Shown piece after piece: positions 8,527 to 17,992 of a stretch of DNA of 64,000 nucleotides (positions within the stretch are counted from its first letter, which is position 1; every line of letters starts with the position of its first letter). Made by a program: the position numbers and the translations under genes. The DNA is taken from NCBI GenBank assembly GCA_029856155.1, contig JAHQWL010000083.1, positions 1 to 64,000 on the forward strand. Direction: 5' to 3'. The notes under the pieces are model-generated. The model worked only from the letters and a program-made list of their open reading frames with translations. It did no database searches and was not told the DNA's origin. The DNA is from Promethearchaeia archaeon (GTDB lineage: Archaea > Asgardarchaeota > Lokiarchaeia > Sigyniarchaeales > SOKP01).

Positions 8527-8982
8527 TTAAGGAGTAAACGAATCAATCTGTTGAGAGAAATATCTAAAAAGGAAATCTTTTTCAGTAATCAAAATTAAGC
8601 ATAGAGTTGGTCCTGTTTTAAAACCAATTGAAATCCCACATCGCCCCGTTTCAGAGTCAGATTCACTACACCAACAGATAATTTTTAATTTGCTTTTAGT
8701 TAAATATTTCTGAATTGATAGATTAATTTCACGATAATTATCATGGGGAGTAAAATTCATTAAATCTTCGGATTCTTTTTCATTTTCTTTAATTGCATCT
8801 ATTTCTTCTTTAGCTACATCGCCAAATACACCAATGTCAAAAATGTCATTATTTTTTTTTACTTGGGTAAGAGCAAAATCTTCAAAATGCATATCTCCAA
8901 TAATAATATATTCATGCTTTGCAAGTTGTTCTTGAATTTTCTTATTCAAATCCCACATCATGTCTTCCAAAGTCTCTAACAT
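8527..8982 (-). CDS. Hypothetical protein
   Basis: 151-aa ORF with GAGGAG RBS upstream; no family recognised. Confidence 0.6.
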   Translation of the reverse strand: MLETLEDMMWDLNKKIQEQLAKHEYIIIGDMHFEDFALTQVKKNNDIFDIGVFGDVAKEEIDAIKENEKESEDLMNFTPHDNYREINLSIQKYLTKSKLKIICWCSESDSETGRCGISIGFKTGPTLCLILITEKDFLFRYFSQQIDSFTP

Positions 8983-9242
8983 AAACTCCTCTAAGAACTA
9001 TTTATATTTAAATAAAAAGGCTATAAATTATAGTGATCTAAATAATATTTCAATTATAATCATAAAATATAAGGATGGTGTAGAGAACCACGGGATCAGA
9101 TTTTTAATGATAGCTAAAGCAATAGTAGATAAAATATTTCAAGTATTTAGAGTTGTACTAATAGTTTATGAGCCAATCATATTTATAGCATTAATCTATT
9201 TAGATTAAGGATATTCCTATTACTAATGTGTTTGCGTAACCT

Positions 9243-9300
9243 GATTTGAATTAAAATGAGAGAGAGTAAGTTATTGACCACAGATTTTGTTTTTATTTTA
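9243..9300 (+). repeat. Dispersed intergenic repeat, highly degenerate copy
   Basis: GATTTGAA...ATGAGAGAGAGTAAGTTATTGACCACAGATTTTGTTTTTATTT keeps the order of repeat blocks. Confidence 0.35.
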
Positions 9301-9343
9301 ATCTCATAATATTGACAAAATTATAATACACAACAATTTCAAA

Positions 9344-9488
9344 TTATACACACTAATAAAAAACATCGTAAAATAATATTAATGGTCTCCATCTCTTTAT
9401 AAACAGCATTTTTCATAATTTTTTGGATCGAAATATTTAAATACTTATACACACTAATGTGTATTAGAGAAAAAAAAATATACACACT
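9344..9488 (+). promoter_or_regulatory. Promoter with repeated TTATACACACTAAT operator-like boxes
   Basis: Exact 14-mer at 9344-9357 and 9445-9458, third TATACACACT ending at 9488; dyad ATACAC-N6-GTGTAT (9447-9464) directly after TATA-like TTTAAATA (9436-9443). Confidence 0.55.
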
Positions 9489-9522
9489 CAAAAAAAAAAA
9501 TTAAAAAATGGAGGTAAAAAAA

Positions 9523-9606
9523 ATGGCAAATAATTACGAATATTACAAGAAAATGAAAACCCAGTTTGACGCAAATAATGTGTTTTTCGGTAAAATGTAT
9601 TATTAA
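9523..9606 (+). CDS. Putative 27-aa peptide MANNYEYYKKMKTQFDANNVFFGKMYY
   Basis: Read by hand; GGAGGT RBS at 9510-9515, own TATA box upstream, oligo-T terminator downstream. Confidence 0.6.
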   Translation: MANNYEYYKKMKTQFDANNVFFGKMYY

Positions 9607-9613
9607 ATACAAA

Positions 9614-9635
9614 TTTTTTTCTTTTTTCTTTTTTT
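9614..9635 (+). terminator. Archaeal oligo-T terminator
   Basis: TTTTTTTCTTTTTTCTTTTTTT right after the peptide ORF stop. Confidence 0.5.
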
Positions 9636-9775
9636 AAAATTGTTAATTATTTTTTAGTATCAGTACTTCTTTTGGTTTAATTTGTAGAAATAATAAGATG
9701 AAAATTAAATTAACTCCATGTATTGACTAATTTTTCACACTGTTTTTAATTAAATATTATCCTTGTTATATTAAA

Positions 9776-10009
9776 TTGATGACATCCAATTTTATAATAA
9801 AGGATCAGGAATCATTTGAACCTGTTAGTATAGTAAAATGTTATTATATGAAAGATAATAAAAAAACAGTATTTGGAAGATTACCAAATGGAAAGGTGAT
9901 TTGTATTCCAAAAACAACGATTCAATCTGAGTTCTCAAGAGAAAGAAATCTCTTACAAGACTTGGTTATCGATGATTGGATATTAAGAAAGTTTGGTTTG
10001 ATGATGTGA
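9776..10009 (+). CDS. Small protein paralogous to the C-terminal domain of 19948-20664
   Basis: IPKTTI...IDDWILRK vs IPKSRI...IDDWILKK. Confidence 0.7.
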   Translation: MMTSNFIIKDQESFEPVSIVKCYYMKDNKKTVFGRLPNGKVICIPKTTIQSEFSRERNLLQDLVIDDWILRKFGLMM

Positions 10010-10031
10010 AGAAAATAGTTTTTCGAGCTTT

Positions 10032-10910
10032 CTAGTCAGCTAATTTCTTCTTGATTTGAGCAACTAATTTTTTAGAATCTTCAGAATCAGTTATAAATTC
10101 AATTTCGTCTGGGGATGATATACCCACTCCTAGTTCTACTGCTCTTTTAATTTGTTCTTGCTCAAAAATCGAGCCTTTAGAAACTTCTGGAGTAGTTCCT
10201 AAAATCCGTAATATTGCTACTCCAACAGCATCTATGGCTACCTTGTCAGTTCCAGCAATAAACACATTTGCTTCTTTTCGGGTACCTTCCATTGGTCCAC
10301 GATCTACAAAACTTAGAATACCGTCCATGATAATTAAATCAGGTTTGTATACAGAGTTTATTTCAGCAACCATAACCCTTTGATTCTTAGATGAATGTAA
10401 TTCTCCCATATTTTTTTTAGACACTATTCCTACTGCGTTCTTTAGTGATAAAGTAAAGTGACCACCGTACATATGTGTTTTTAAGCAACAAGTTTCAACA
10501 ATGCATTCTGCATCATCATAAATTTTGGCAAAAAGGAATCCATCTTTCCAATGAAAACCCTCAGTATTTTTAAGCACATATTCTTCTCTAGGTATTTGAG
10601 TTAAGTCAATTATCTTAAAATCTAATTCATTCGCTAATTCATATAATCCTTTTTTCTTAAAAGTTTTAGCTGTATTTACTGGACCACTACGTTCAGCAAC
10701 AGTTATTGATTTAGCCCCCATTTCTTTTAACTTTGTAATCAGTTGCTTAATAGTCACCATTGAGCTCGAAGCTGGAGGAGGATCAGCTGTATTGAAATTA
10801 GGTTTGAATATTACATGTTTATCTTTAATGGGATTAATTCCTAATAATTCTAAGGATTTATTTACACCATAAACTCGATCTTTTGTAGCAATAACTGCGA
10901 TTTTGGTCAT
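10032..10910 (-). CDS. DUF362-family protein
   Basis: VIFKPN, LKTH, TLSLKN, DLIIMDGI, VAIDAV motifs; start placed at MTKIAV (GGTGA RBS) rather than 10964. Confidence 0.85.
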   Translation of the reverse strand: MTKIAVIATKDRVYGVNKSLELLGINPIKDKHVIFKPNFNTADPPPASSSMVTIKQLITKLKEMGAKSITVAERSGPVNTAKTFKKKGLYELANELDFKIIDLTQIPREEYVLKNTEGFHWKDGFLFAKIYDDAECIVETCCLKTHMYGGHFTLSLKNAVGIVSKKNMGELHSSKNQRVMVAEINSVYKPDLIIMDGILSFVDRGPMEGTRKEANVFIAGTDKVAIDAVGVAILRILGTTPEVSKGSIFEQEQIKRAVELGVGISSPDEIEFITDSEDSKKLVAQIKKKLAD

Positions 10911-11119
10911 CTTAATCACCATAAATGAGTATAAAACTAGATCTAAAATATTAAAATTTACCATTATAAAAATTAAGCTAGAGTAAGAGAGATTACATTA
11001 TATTATAATGTAAGGTGGGTATAGTCCAGTATTTATCCAAAGGTCCAATTAAGGTTCCGGATATAAAACCAAAAATATAATCCTCGCTTAATTATTTTTA
11101 AACACTTAGAGGTGATTTT

Positions 11120-11737
11120 ATGAAAGAATACTATGATGAAGTAAAGAATATGGATGTGATAGAAATGAGTGCTGAGGAACTTACCATTGAAGAGGTAGTA
11201 GAACCTGAACAAAAGGAAACTTCAGATTCATTTAAAGCATTTGTGTCTGAATATCCTAAATTTGTTGGGGGATTTGTTTCTATAATTGGAGTCTTAATTG
11301 GAATAGGAATATTAATTTCTGTTAATAGAATTGATCTTCTACTAGGGGTTAATATCGTTTTCATTACAATTGCCATTATTGGAGAGATAGTTGCGAAAAG
11401 CAGAGAATCAAAAAGTAAAATACAATATAAAGTTCCAACTTATGGTATTGTTGCTTTAGTTTTTAATATTCTAGCATTGATAGTGATAATAGGTGTTGAT
11501 GTACACGGATTAATGTCATTCTCCATTTGGAACAATCTTTATGCAGCTCCCTTAGTTTTTATAGCAATAGGCTGCACTTTAGGAGGATTTTATTATGAAC
11601 ATGACTATAGACCGGGTTTAGCTGTTTTAGGGCTTTTCCTTGGCAGTACCCTATTATTGATAAGCTTTTGGCAAGTTCTATTAGTTATTCTCATTATTAT
11701 TGGAGTTATTGCATATATCGCTAATGGTGGAGATTAA
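11120..11737 (+). CDS. Multi-pass membrane protein
   Basis: GAGGTGA RBS; acidic N-terminus followed by about 6 TM helices. Confidence 0.75.
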   Translation: MKEYYDEVKNMDVIEMSAEELTIEEVVEPEQKETSDSFKAFVSEYPKFVGGFVSIIGVLIGIGILISVNRIDLLLGVNIVFITIAIIGEIVAKSRESKSKIQYKVPTYGIVALVFNILALIVIIGVDVHGLMSFSIWNNLYAAPLVFIAIGCTLGGFYYEHDYRPGLAVLGLFLGSTLLLISFWQVLLVILIIIGVIAYIANGGD

Positions 11738-11925
11738 TTTAGTAATTTTATATTTTTTTTTCTTCTTCTTTATGCATTTCAATGAATTTGAAAGAATTTT
11801 TAACTAATTAAGTTTAAAGCTTAAATAGGGAAAAGACATAATAAAGCATTGAAAAGAAAAATCGAGAAAATAATTTAAAAATCAAATTTTTAAACAAAAT
11901 CAATTATAGTAGGAGAAATACAATA

Positions 11926-12306
11926 ATGAAAGATTTAACTGTTATTTTGAAAAATAAACCAGGAACTTTAGCGGATATGGGTGCGGCATTAGGTAAAAAT
12001 GGCATCAATATGGAAGGATTATGTGCGTTTCCCCAAAAGGGTGAAGGTGTCGTTCATATTTTAGTTGAAGATGAGACAACAACTCAATGGGCACTCGAAG
12101 ATGCAGGTTTTGAAGTCCGGGCTATTCGTGATGTACTAGTTATAGATATTGCAAATGTTATAGGAAAACCTGGTACGGGGGGAAAATTGGCTCGAAAAAT
12201 TGGTAATGCCGGAGTTAATATTGACTTAATCTATTTAGCTGAAAATAATAGAATCGTACTGGGAGTTGATAACTTAGAAAAGGCTCGTGCAGCTTTAGAG
12301 AGATAA
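11926..12306 (+). CDS. Tandem ACT-domain amino-acid-binding protein
   Basis: LKNKPGTLA...GINM and GKPG...AGVNIDLIY ACT motifs. Confidence 0.85.
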   Translation: MKDLTVILKNKPGTLADMGAALGKNGINMEGLCAFPQKGEGVVHILVEDETTTQWALEDAGFEVRAIRDVLVIDIANVIGKPGTGGKLARKIGNAGVNIDLIYLAENNRIVLGVDNLEKARAALER

Positions 12307-12380
12307 TGACAAGAATGAACTGTAAAATATTTAAGAATTATAATTTTATTTTTTTTTTTTAATTTATTAAAATAAGAAGG

Positions 12381-12872
12381 CTATAAATAGGGAAGACTTT
12401 TTATTTCCATTGATGTTCCAGTAGCCTTAATTAATTTTTGTAATTCTCCTCCAGAAATTTGTAAGGTTTCTGTGTTTACATTCGGATGGCAACAAATTTC
12501 TTTCGCATTCCACACATTTTCGTCTATTATGAACGTCACTTTATCGTTGATATCATTGACTAATCCAATTGGGGAAACTGCACCGGGAGTAATGCCTAAT
12601 GTTTCTGAAAGCTCTTCAGGTCCCGCAAAGCGAATTTTTGGAGCACCTATCATTTTACGAAATTGATTTAGATCCAATCGTTTTTCATGAGGAATTGTAA
12701 CTAAATATAACTGCCCAGATTTCGTATTTTTAAGAAGTAAATTCTTACAATGAGTCCCGGGGATGTGTCCGCAATGAATTTTAGCCTCGGGAACCGTAAA
12801 AACTGCCGGGTGAGTGTGTAAGATATATTGAATGTTATTGTTATCTAACCATTCCTTCAATGAATCTTCCAT
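12381..12872 (-). CDS. YbaK/ProXp (PrdX-like) aminoacyl-tRNA deacylase
   Basis: HPAVFT, KNLLLK, LGITPGAVSPIGL, HPNVNT motifs. Confidence 0.9.
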   Translation of the reverse strand: MEDSLKEWLDNNNIQYILHTHPAVFTVPEAKIHCGHIPGTHCKNLLLKNTKSGQLYLVTIPHEKRLDLNQFRKMIGAPKIRFAGPEELSETLGITPGAVSPIGLVNDINDKVTFIIDENVWNAKEICCHPNVNTETLQISGGELQKLIKATGTSMEIKSLPYL

Positions 12873-12898
12873 ATTGCCTCAATTTAAAATTTTAATAT

Positions 12899-14392
12899 TT
12901 AGATAATAAGTGTTTTTAGAAATTTTGGTGGTTGTCTTATTTTAGTTGCTTGCTCAAAGGCATATGCCAATTTAAGAAGAACTGGTTCTTGATATAATCC
13001 ACCAATAAATGAAATACCAACTGGAAGTCCAAAGACATAACCAGCAGGAACAGTTATATTTGGATAACCTGAAACAGCAGAAGGGGAAGAGCTTCCTCCT
13101 GTAGAATGATCTCCATTAATATAATCAATAATCCATGCAGGACCTCCACTTGGAGCTATAATTGCATCAAGTTGATTTTCTTGGATAAGTTTATCTATAC
13201 CTTCTTCACGAGAAAGTCTTCGACATTTTTCTAAAGCAGTTTTATATTCTTCACTAGAGAGAGGTCCTTTTTCTTCTGCCATTTTGAATATCTCTTGGCT
13301 AAAGTAAGGCATAATTTTACTTTTATTTTGATTATTATATTGGATTAACTCATTTAATGTTTGAGGAAAATCATCTGGAACATTATTCTTTAGAAATTCG
13401 TTAATATCATGTTTGAAATCATATAAAAGAACTTCATATTCGGGATCTTGTAGATCATTTATTATAGTGAAATCAGTTGGATCTATAATAGTGGCACCTA
13501 GCTCCCTCATCTTCTTAATAGCTTTTTCTATTACTTGATCTACATACTCGTTTCTGCCAAAAAAATTACGAGCAACACCAATTCTAGCTTCGTGCAATCC
13601 ATCAATATCCAAAAATTCGGTATAATCAGAAGGAATCTCTTTTTTATCTTTTATGGTACTTGGATCTTCTGGGTCAGCTCCAACAATAACGCTTAATATA
13701 ATAGCAGCATCTTCAACTGTTCGTGCCATTGGACCAGCAGTATCTTGGTTGTGTGAAATTGGAATTATTCCGGTTCGACTTACCAATCCGATAGAGGGTT
13801 TTATTCCAACAATTGAATTTATATGTGATGGGCATATAATTGAACCATCGGTTTCAGTACCAATTGCTCCTACACATAGATTTGCAGCTACAGCTACAGC
13901 TGAACCAGAACTAGAACCACATGGATTCCGATCAAGTACATAAGGATTTAAAGTTTGGCCTCCACGGCTGCTCCACCCACTAGTCGAACGTGTGGATCTG
14001 AAATTAGCCCATTCACTAAGGTTTGTCTTACCTAAGATTATTGCTCCCGCTTCTCTTAACCTATGAACAATAAAAGCATCTTGAGTAGTTCTATAACCAT
14101 CAAGAGCTAATGATCCTGCGGTAGTCATCATTTTATCTGAAGTAGATATATTATCTTTGATTAAAACGGGAATACCATGTAATGGTCCGTGTATCTTTTT
14201 ATTCTTCCTTTCGTCATCGAGAATATCTGCGATTTGTAGCGCATCAGGATTTAATTCAATTACTGAATTAATTTTTGGTCCCGCTTTATCGATTTTACTA
14301 ATCCTTTTTAGATAATTTTTCGTTAGAGCTTTTGCTGTAAGTTTCCCTACTTCCATTAACTTCTGAATTTCAGAAATAGTATATTCAATCAT
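12899..14392 (-). CDS. Amidase-signature family enzyme
   Basis: GPLHGIPVLIKDN, GKTNLSEWANFRS, GSSSGSA, GTETDGSI. Confidence 0.95.
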   Translation of the reverse strand: MIEYTISEIQKLMEVGKLTAKALTKNYLKRISKIDKAGPKINSVIELNPDALQIADILDDERKNKKIHGPLHGIPVLIKDNISTSDKMMTTAGSLALDGYRTTQDAFIVHRLREAGAIILGKTNLSEWANFRSTRSTSGWSSRGGQTLNPYVLDRNPCGSSSGSAVAVAANLCVGAIGTETDGSIICPSHINSIVGIKPSIGLVSRTGIIPISHNQDTAGPMARTVEDAAIILSVIVGADPEDPSTIKDKKEIPSDYTEFLDIDGLHEARIGVARNFFGRNEYVDQVIEKAIKKMRELGATIIDPTDFTIINDLQDPEYEVLLYDFKHDINEFLKNNVPDDFPQTLNELIQYNNQNKSKIMPYFSQEIFKMAEEKGPLSSEEYKTALEKCRRLSREEGIDKLIQENQLDAIIAPSGGPAWIIDYINGDHSTGGSSSPSAVSGYPNITVPAGYVFGLPVGISFIGGLYQEPVLLKLAYAFEQATKIRQPPKFLKTLII

Positions 14393-14541
14393 TTATAGTC
14401 TTCCTTTTCTTAGGAATAATAGATGAAAAAGGTTGTTAAAATTAAATAATTAGTATTTTATCCTCACTTATGAATTCTTCTTTAGACATTTTATTTATTT
14501 TTTTAAAAATATTTTTATAAAGGTGGTCAAAAGAAGATATT

Positions 14542-15225
14542 ATGGACATTTATAACATAATTAAAATAATTACAGCCATCATAACATTTATAATTTCTAT
14601 TACCATTGGATTTAGAGTTTTGCGATTAAATCCAAAAGACTTGTTAAATATATGGTTTACTTTATTCTTCATTTCCTCTTCCCTCGGATTTTTAATATAT
14701 ACAATTTACCATTTAATACTTAATAATCCACAGATTATAATTCCTATTATGATTACAGCTCAAATTTTTTTCAATTTTCTCGTTATTTCACTAATGATGA
14801 CAGTTTTTATTTTAGAAAAATACAAAAAGGTTGCAATGAGTCTGAAATATCTTGGATCAATGATGTTATTATTCTTCATAATGAGTGTTGGATATTTTAT
14901 CTGGACACCAGAATTAGATCTGGCTAGATATGCACAAGATATTGTTGATACCAACACCCCTACTGAATGGTTTATTTTCATTACTCTTCTCAGAATAGTA
15001 TTGTCTATTTATGTGGTATATAAGTATGCTATGATAACTAGACAGATTGAAGAGGAAACTAAAAAGAAAGTACAATGGTTTTTTATAGGTATTATATTCG
15101 CCATTATTGGGATGTTCGTCAATTTTATTGGAGGATTCCTCAGATCAATTATAATTGAGATTCTAGCATTAATTATCATTGACGTAGGAACAATAGCGAT
15201 ATTTAGAGGTTTTTTAATTAAATAA
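14542..15225 (+). CDS. Stand-alone ~7-TM membrane protein (HisKA_7TM-like)
   Basis: About 7 hydrophobic helices with LNIWFTLFF and KKKVQWFFIG patterns; no cytoplasmic output domain. Confidence 0.65.
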   Translation: MDIYNIIKIITAIITFIISITIGFRVLRLNPKDLLNIWFTLFFISSSLGFLIYTIYHLILNNPQIIIPIMITAQIFFNFLVISLMMTVFILEKYKKVAMSLKYLGSMMLLFFIMSVGYFIWTPELDLARYAQDIVDTNTPTEWFIFITLLRIVLSIYVVYKYAMITRQIEEETKKKVQWFFIGIIFAIIGMFVNFIGGFLRSIIIEILALIIIDVGTIAIFRGFLIK

Positions 15226-15300
15226 AATCCTATGAAATTTAAAGAATGATTGCAGAACTAGGATAAATATTTAAAATTTGAGAACATCGTTTGAAAAAGC

Positions 15301-15759
15301 TTAAGCATTTACTTCTTTTTTATTTATAACGTTATAAATCTCGATTTCTCCTTTATCTAGTATAAAAGAAACATCTATATCCCATATAATTTCATTATCA
15401 TTATACATAACAAGGGAACCGTTTATATCGTAATCCCATAATATTAACATCTGTAATTTCAAAATATATTTCATAATTTTAGCAGGCCTCCACATAGATT
15501 GTGTAAGATATGATTGATTTTTCATAGAATTTATTAATTTGTATAATAATAATTCTCCCCTTACTTCATCAGTAAAAGGTACAGATTTTAACGATTGTAG
15601 GAATACCCGAATTTCTAAGATAGGAATATATCCACTTGTTAATTCTTCAAGAATTTCTTCTATAAGATTAGACAAACTTAAATTAAGAACTGAATAAGTA
15701 GCTTGTAAATCTACAATATTCTCAGTACACACAATTTCTTGACAACTCATTTTTCTCAT
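15301..15759 (-). CDS. Hypothetical protein
   Basis: 152-aa ORF filling the gap between genes; no family recognised. Confidence 0.55.
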   Translation of the reverse strand: MRKMSCQEIVCTENIVDLQATYSVLNLSLSNLIEEILEELTSGYIPILEIRVFLQSLKSVPFTDEVRGELLLYKLINSMKNQSYLTQSMWRPAKIMKYILKLQMLILWDYDINGSLVMYNDNEIIWDIDVSFILDKGEIEIYNVINKKEVNA

Positions 15760-15959
15760 CGTTCCATGATGGTTTAATTAGAAATACTGCTGTGCCTATT
15801 TAAAGAAAAAATTTTCTATATTTCATTATACTAAGGAAATAATCAGAATCTCTCTATTAATATTATAATAAAAAGGTAAATTTATAAGGGAAAAACGAAC
15901 TCTACTAAATTCCATTGAATTTTTTGAAATCCCCTTAATTTAAACTGAAATTGTTAAAA

Positions 15960-16820
15960 ATGGAAACCCGAATTTTTGGAAAAACTGGAGTAAAGATTAC
16001 TATAATCACAATGGGAGGATGTGGACTCGGTTATGTTGATCAAAGTGAAGCAGATAAAGCTATACAACTTGCTTTAGACTACAATATTAATATGATTGAT
16101 GTGGCACCAAGTTATGGGAATGCAGAAGTTCGACTTAATCCTTGGATTCAAAAATATAGAAATAAATTTTTTTTAGCAGTAAAAACATTGAAAAGAACTA
16201 AGAGAGGAGCGTGGAGACAATTAAATCAGTCACTTGAAAACCTTGGGACAACGTATTTCGATTTATACCAATTCCACGCAGTATCATCAGTAGATGAATT
16301 AAATCAAATCTTAGAAAAAAATGGTGCTATGGAGGCTTTTAAAGAAGCAAAAGAAAGTGGGTTAATAAAACATATTGGTATTACGGTTCATAATGATGTC
16401 AGGTTACTCCAGAAGGCAATCGAGATGTCAGATGATTTCGACACAGTTTTATTACCTGTTTATGTTGCAGCTCTTGTAAATCCCTCTCCCGAAAATGATT
16501 ATAAGAAGATTCTTCAAATTACACAAGAAAAAAATATCGGAGTTACTGCTATAAAAGCAATATCTAAGGGTCGATGGATGAAAGAACCTATCTATAGAAC
16601 TTGGTATGAACCACTTGATGACCAGAAATTAGTTGAACAAGCAGTATGGTTTACCTTATCTCAGGAAGGGGTTACAACATATTCTCTACCTTGTGACGTG
16701 AGACTTTGGTCTTTAGTATTAAATGCTGGTAAGAGATATCGGAAACTTAATGATGATGAACAGAAGGAGATAATTAAAATGGCAAAACAAAATGAGTTTA
16801 AACCTTTATTTCCAGAATAA
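15960..16820 (+). CDS. Aldo/keto reductase
   Basis: R.FGKTG, IDVAPSYGNAE, SLENLGT.YFDLYQFH, GLIKHIGIT; ATG at 15960. Confidence 0.9.
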   Translation: METRIFGKTGVKITIITMGGCGLGYVDQSEADKAIQLALDYNINMIDVAPSYGNAEVRLNPWIQKYRNKFFLAVKTLKRTKRGAWRQLNQSLENLGTTYFDLYQFHAVSSVDELNQILEKNGAMEAFKEAKESGLIKHIGITVHNDVRLLQKAIEMSDDFDTVLLPVYVAALVNPSPENDYKKILQITQEKNIGVTAIKAISKGRWMKEPIYRTWYEPLDDQKLVEQAVWFTLSQEGVTTYSLPCDVRLWSLVLNAGKRYRKLNDDEQKEIIKMAKQNEFKPLFPE

Positions 16821-16965
16821 CTGGAAAGAATGTGTTAATAAAAATGGAAATTCACATCAATAAAAAATATATTTATATAAATCCATAATAAGTTTTATTT
16901 AATCTCCAAAAATTAATAAAACGAATTTTAGAAAACTTGATTTTCTGGATAAATCTAATTATAGG

Positions 16966-17502
16966 GTGTACATTATCTCGGAACAATTAAAATATAAATT
17001 ATGTGTTTTTGGTGATCAAGGAGTTGGAAAAACATCTTTAACTCGAAGATTTGTGACAAAGACTTTCAAAGAAGACTTAAAAAAGACAATAGGTACGGAT
17101 ATTACGAAAAAAACTCTTGAAATCGATGGAAAGAAGGTTGTACTACAGATATGGGATTTTGCTGGTGAACAAAAATATCAAATTCTTTTTCCTAGCTTTG
17201 TTAAAGGCGCACATGGCGGAATATTTATGTATGATATAACTAGAGAGAGTAGTTTAAAAAGTCTTGAAAACTGGTTATCATTCTTCAAAGACAATCAAGA
17301 TATTCTCTCAATTCCAATTATAATCGTTGGAGGTAAAATAGATCTGGAGAATTTAAGAACGATCGATATGGGACAAGCTATCGATCTGGCCCAATTACAT
17401 AATTTAGATGGATATTTTGAGTGTTCATCAAAAACAGGGGAAAATGTAGAAAAAATATTTGAATCAATAACAAGGTTTATGATAAAAAAAGTTAGGGTAT
17501 AG
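16966..17502 (+). CDS. Rab/Ras-like small GTPase
   Basis: GDQGVGKTS (G1), TIG (G2), WDFAGE (G3), GGKID (variant G4), ECSSKTG (G5). Confidence 0.9.
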   Translation: MYIISEQLKYKLCVFGDQGVGKTSLTRRFVTKTFKEDLKKTIGTDITKKTLEIDGKKVVLQIWDFAGEQKYQILFPSFVKGAHGGIFMYDITRESSLKSLENWLSFFKDNQDILSIPIIIVGGKIDLENLRTIDMGQAIDLAQLHNLDGYFECSSKTGENVEKIFESITRFMIKKVRV

Positions 17503-17593
17503 TACTTCTTTTATTTTCTACCAAATAGATATCAGTCTTTAGAATTCAATAGCCTTAATAAGATTTAAATTTTCAATTATTATTCTTTTCTTT

Positions 17594-17887
17594 ATGCCAA
17601 TATATATATTAGTAACTAAACTTCAAAATCCTGACTTAGTAGAGAAAAGGAAAGAACAAGGAGAAAATTGGTTAAATCTGGTTAGAGAGAAAGTCCCCGA
17701 TATTAAATGGATCGCACATTATGCCATTTTGGGGCGATATGATTTCCTTGATATCTTCGAAGTTAAAAATGAAAAAGAAGCAGCGAAAGTTTCGCTACTT
17801 TCTCGATCTGCGGGAGCAGTGTTTGCGGAGAGCTGGACTGCTATTCCATATACAGGTTTTCTTGAATTAGTTGAGGATTTGAAATAA
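17594..17887 (+). CDS. GYD-domain protein
   Basis: MPIYILV, YAILGRYDFLDIFE, ESWTAI. Confidence 0.8.
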   Translation: MPIYILVTKLQNPDLVEKRKEQGENWLNLVREKVPDIKWIAHYAILGRYDFLDIFEVKNEKEAAKVSLLSRSAGAVFAESWTAIPYTGFLELVEDLK

Positions 17888-17992
17888 ATTACAGATCCTA
17901 CAAAGTTAAAATCACTGTTCATTAACTCATGTAAACGATTTCAGAAATTTTTCTCTGAGTTTAAATTATTTTTTTTTAAAAATAAAATAGTA

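Noticed and set aside
8960-9208. 82-aa ORF
   Set aside because: AT-rich, overlaps the start of the opposite-strand gene, no RBS or recognisable motif.
1010-9300. Dispersed repeats as a CRISPR array or classical IS/MITE ends
   Set aside because: Spacing is 0.3-2.7 kb with whole genes between copies, copies are degenerate, and I saw no cas genes, transposase, terminal inverted repeats or target-site duplications.
14421-14437. AGATGAAAAAGGTTG as another copy of the dispersed repeat
   Set aside because: Only a short partial match, lacking both flanking blocks; chance is plausible in AT/purine-rich DNA.
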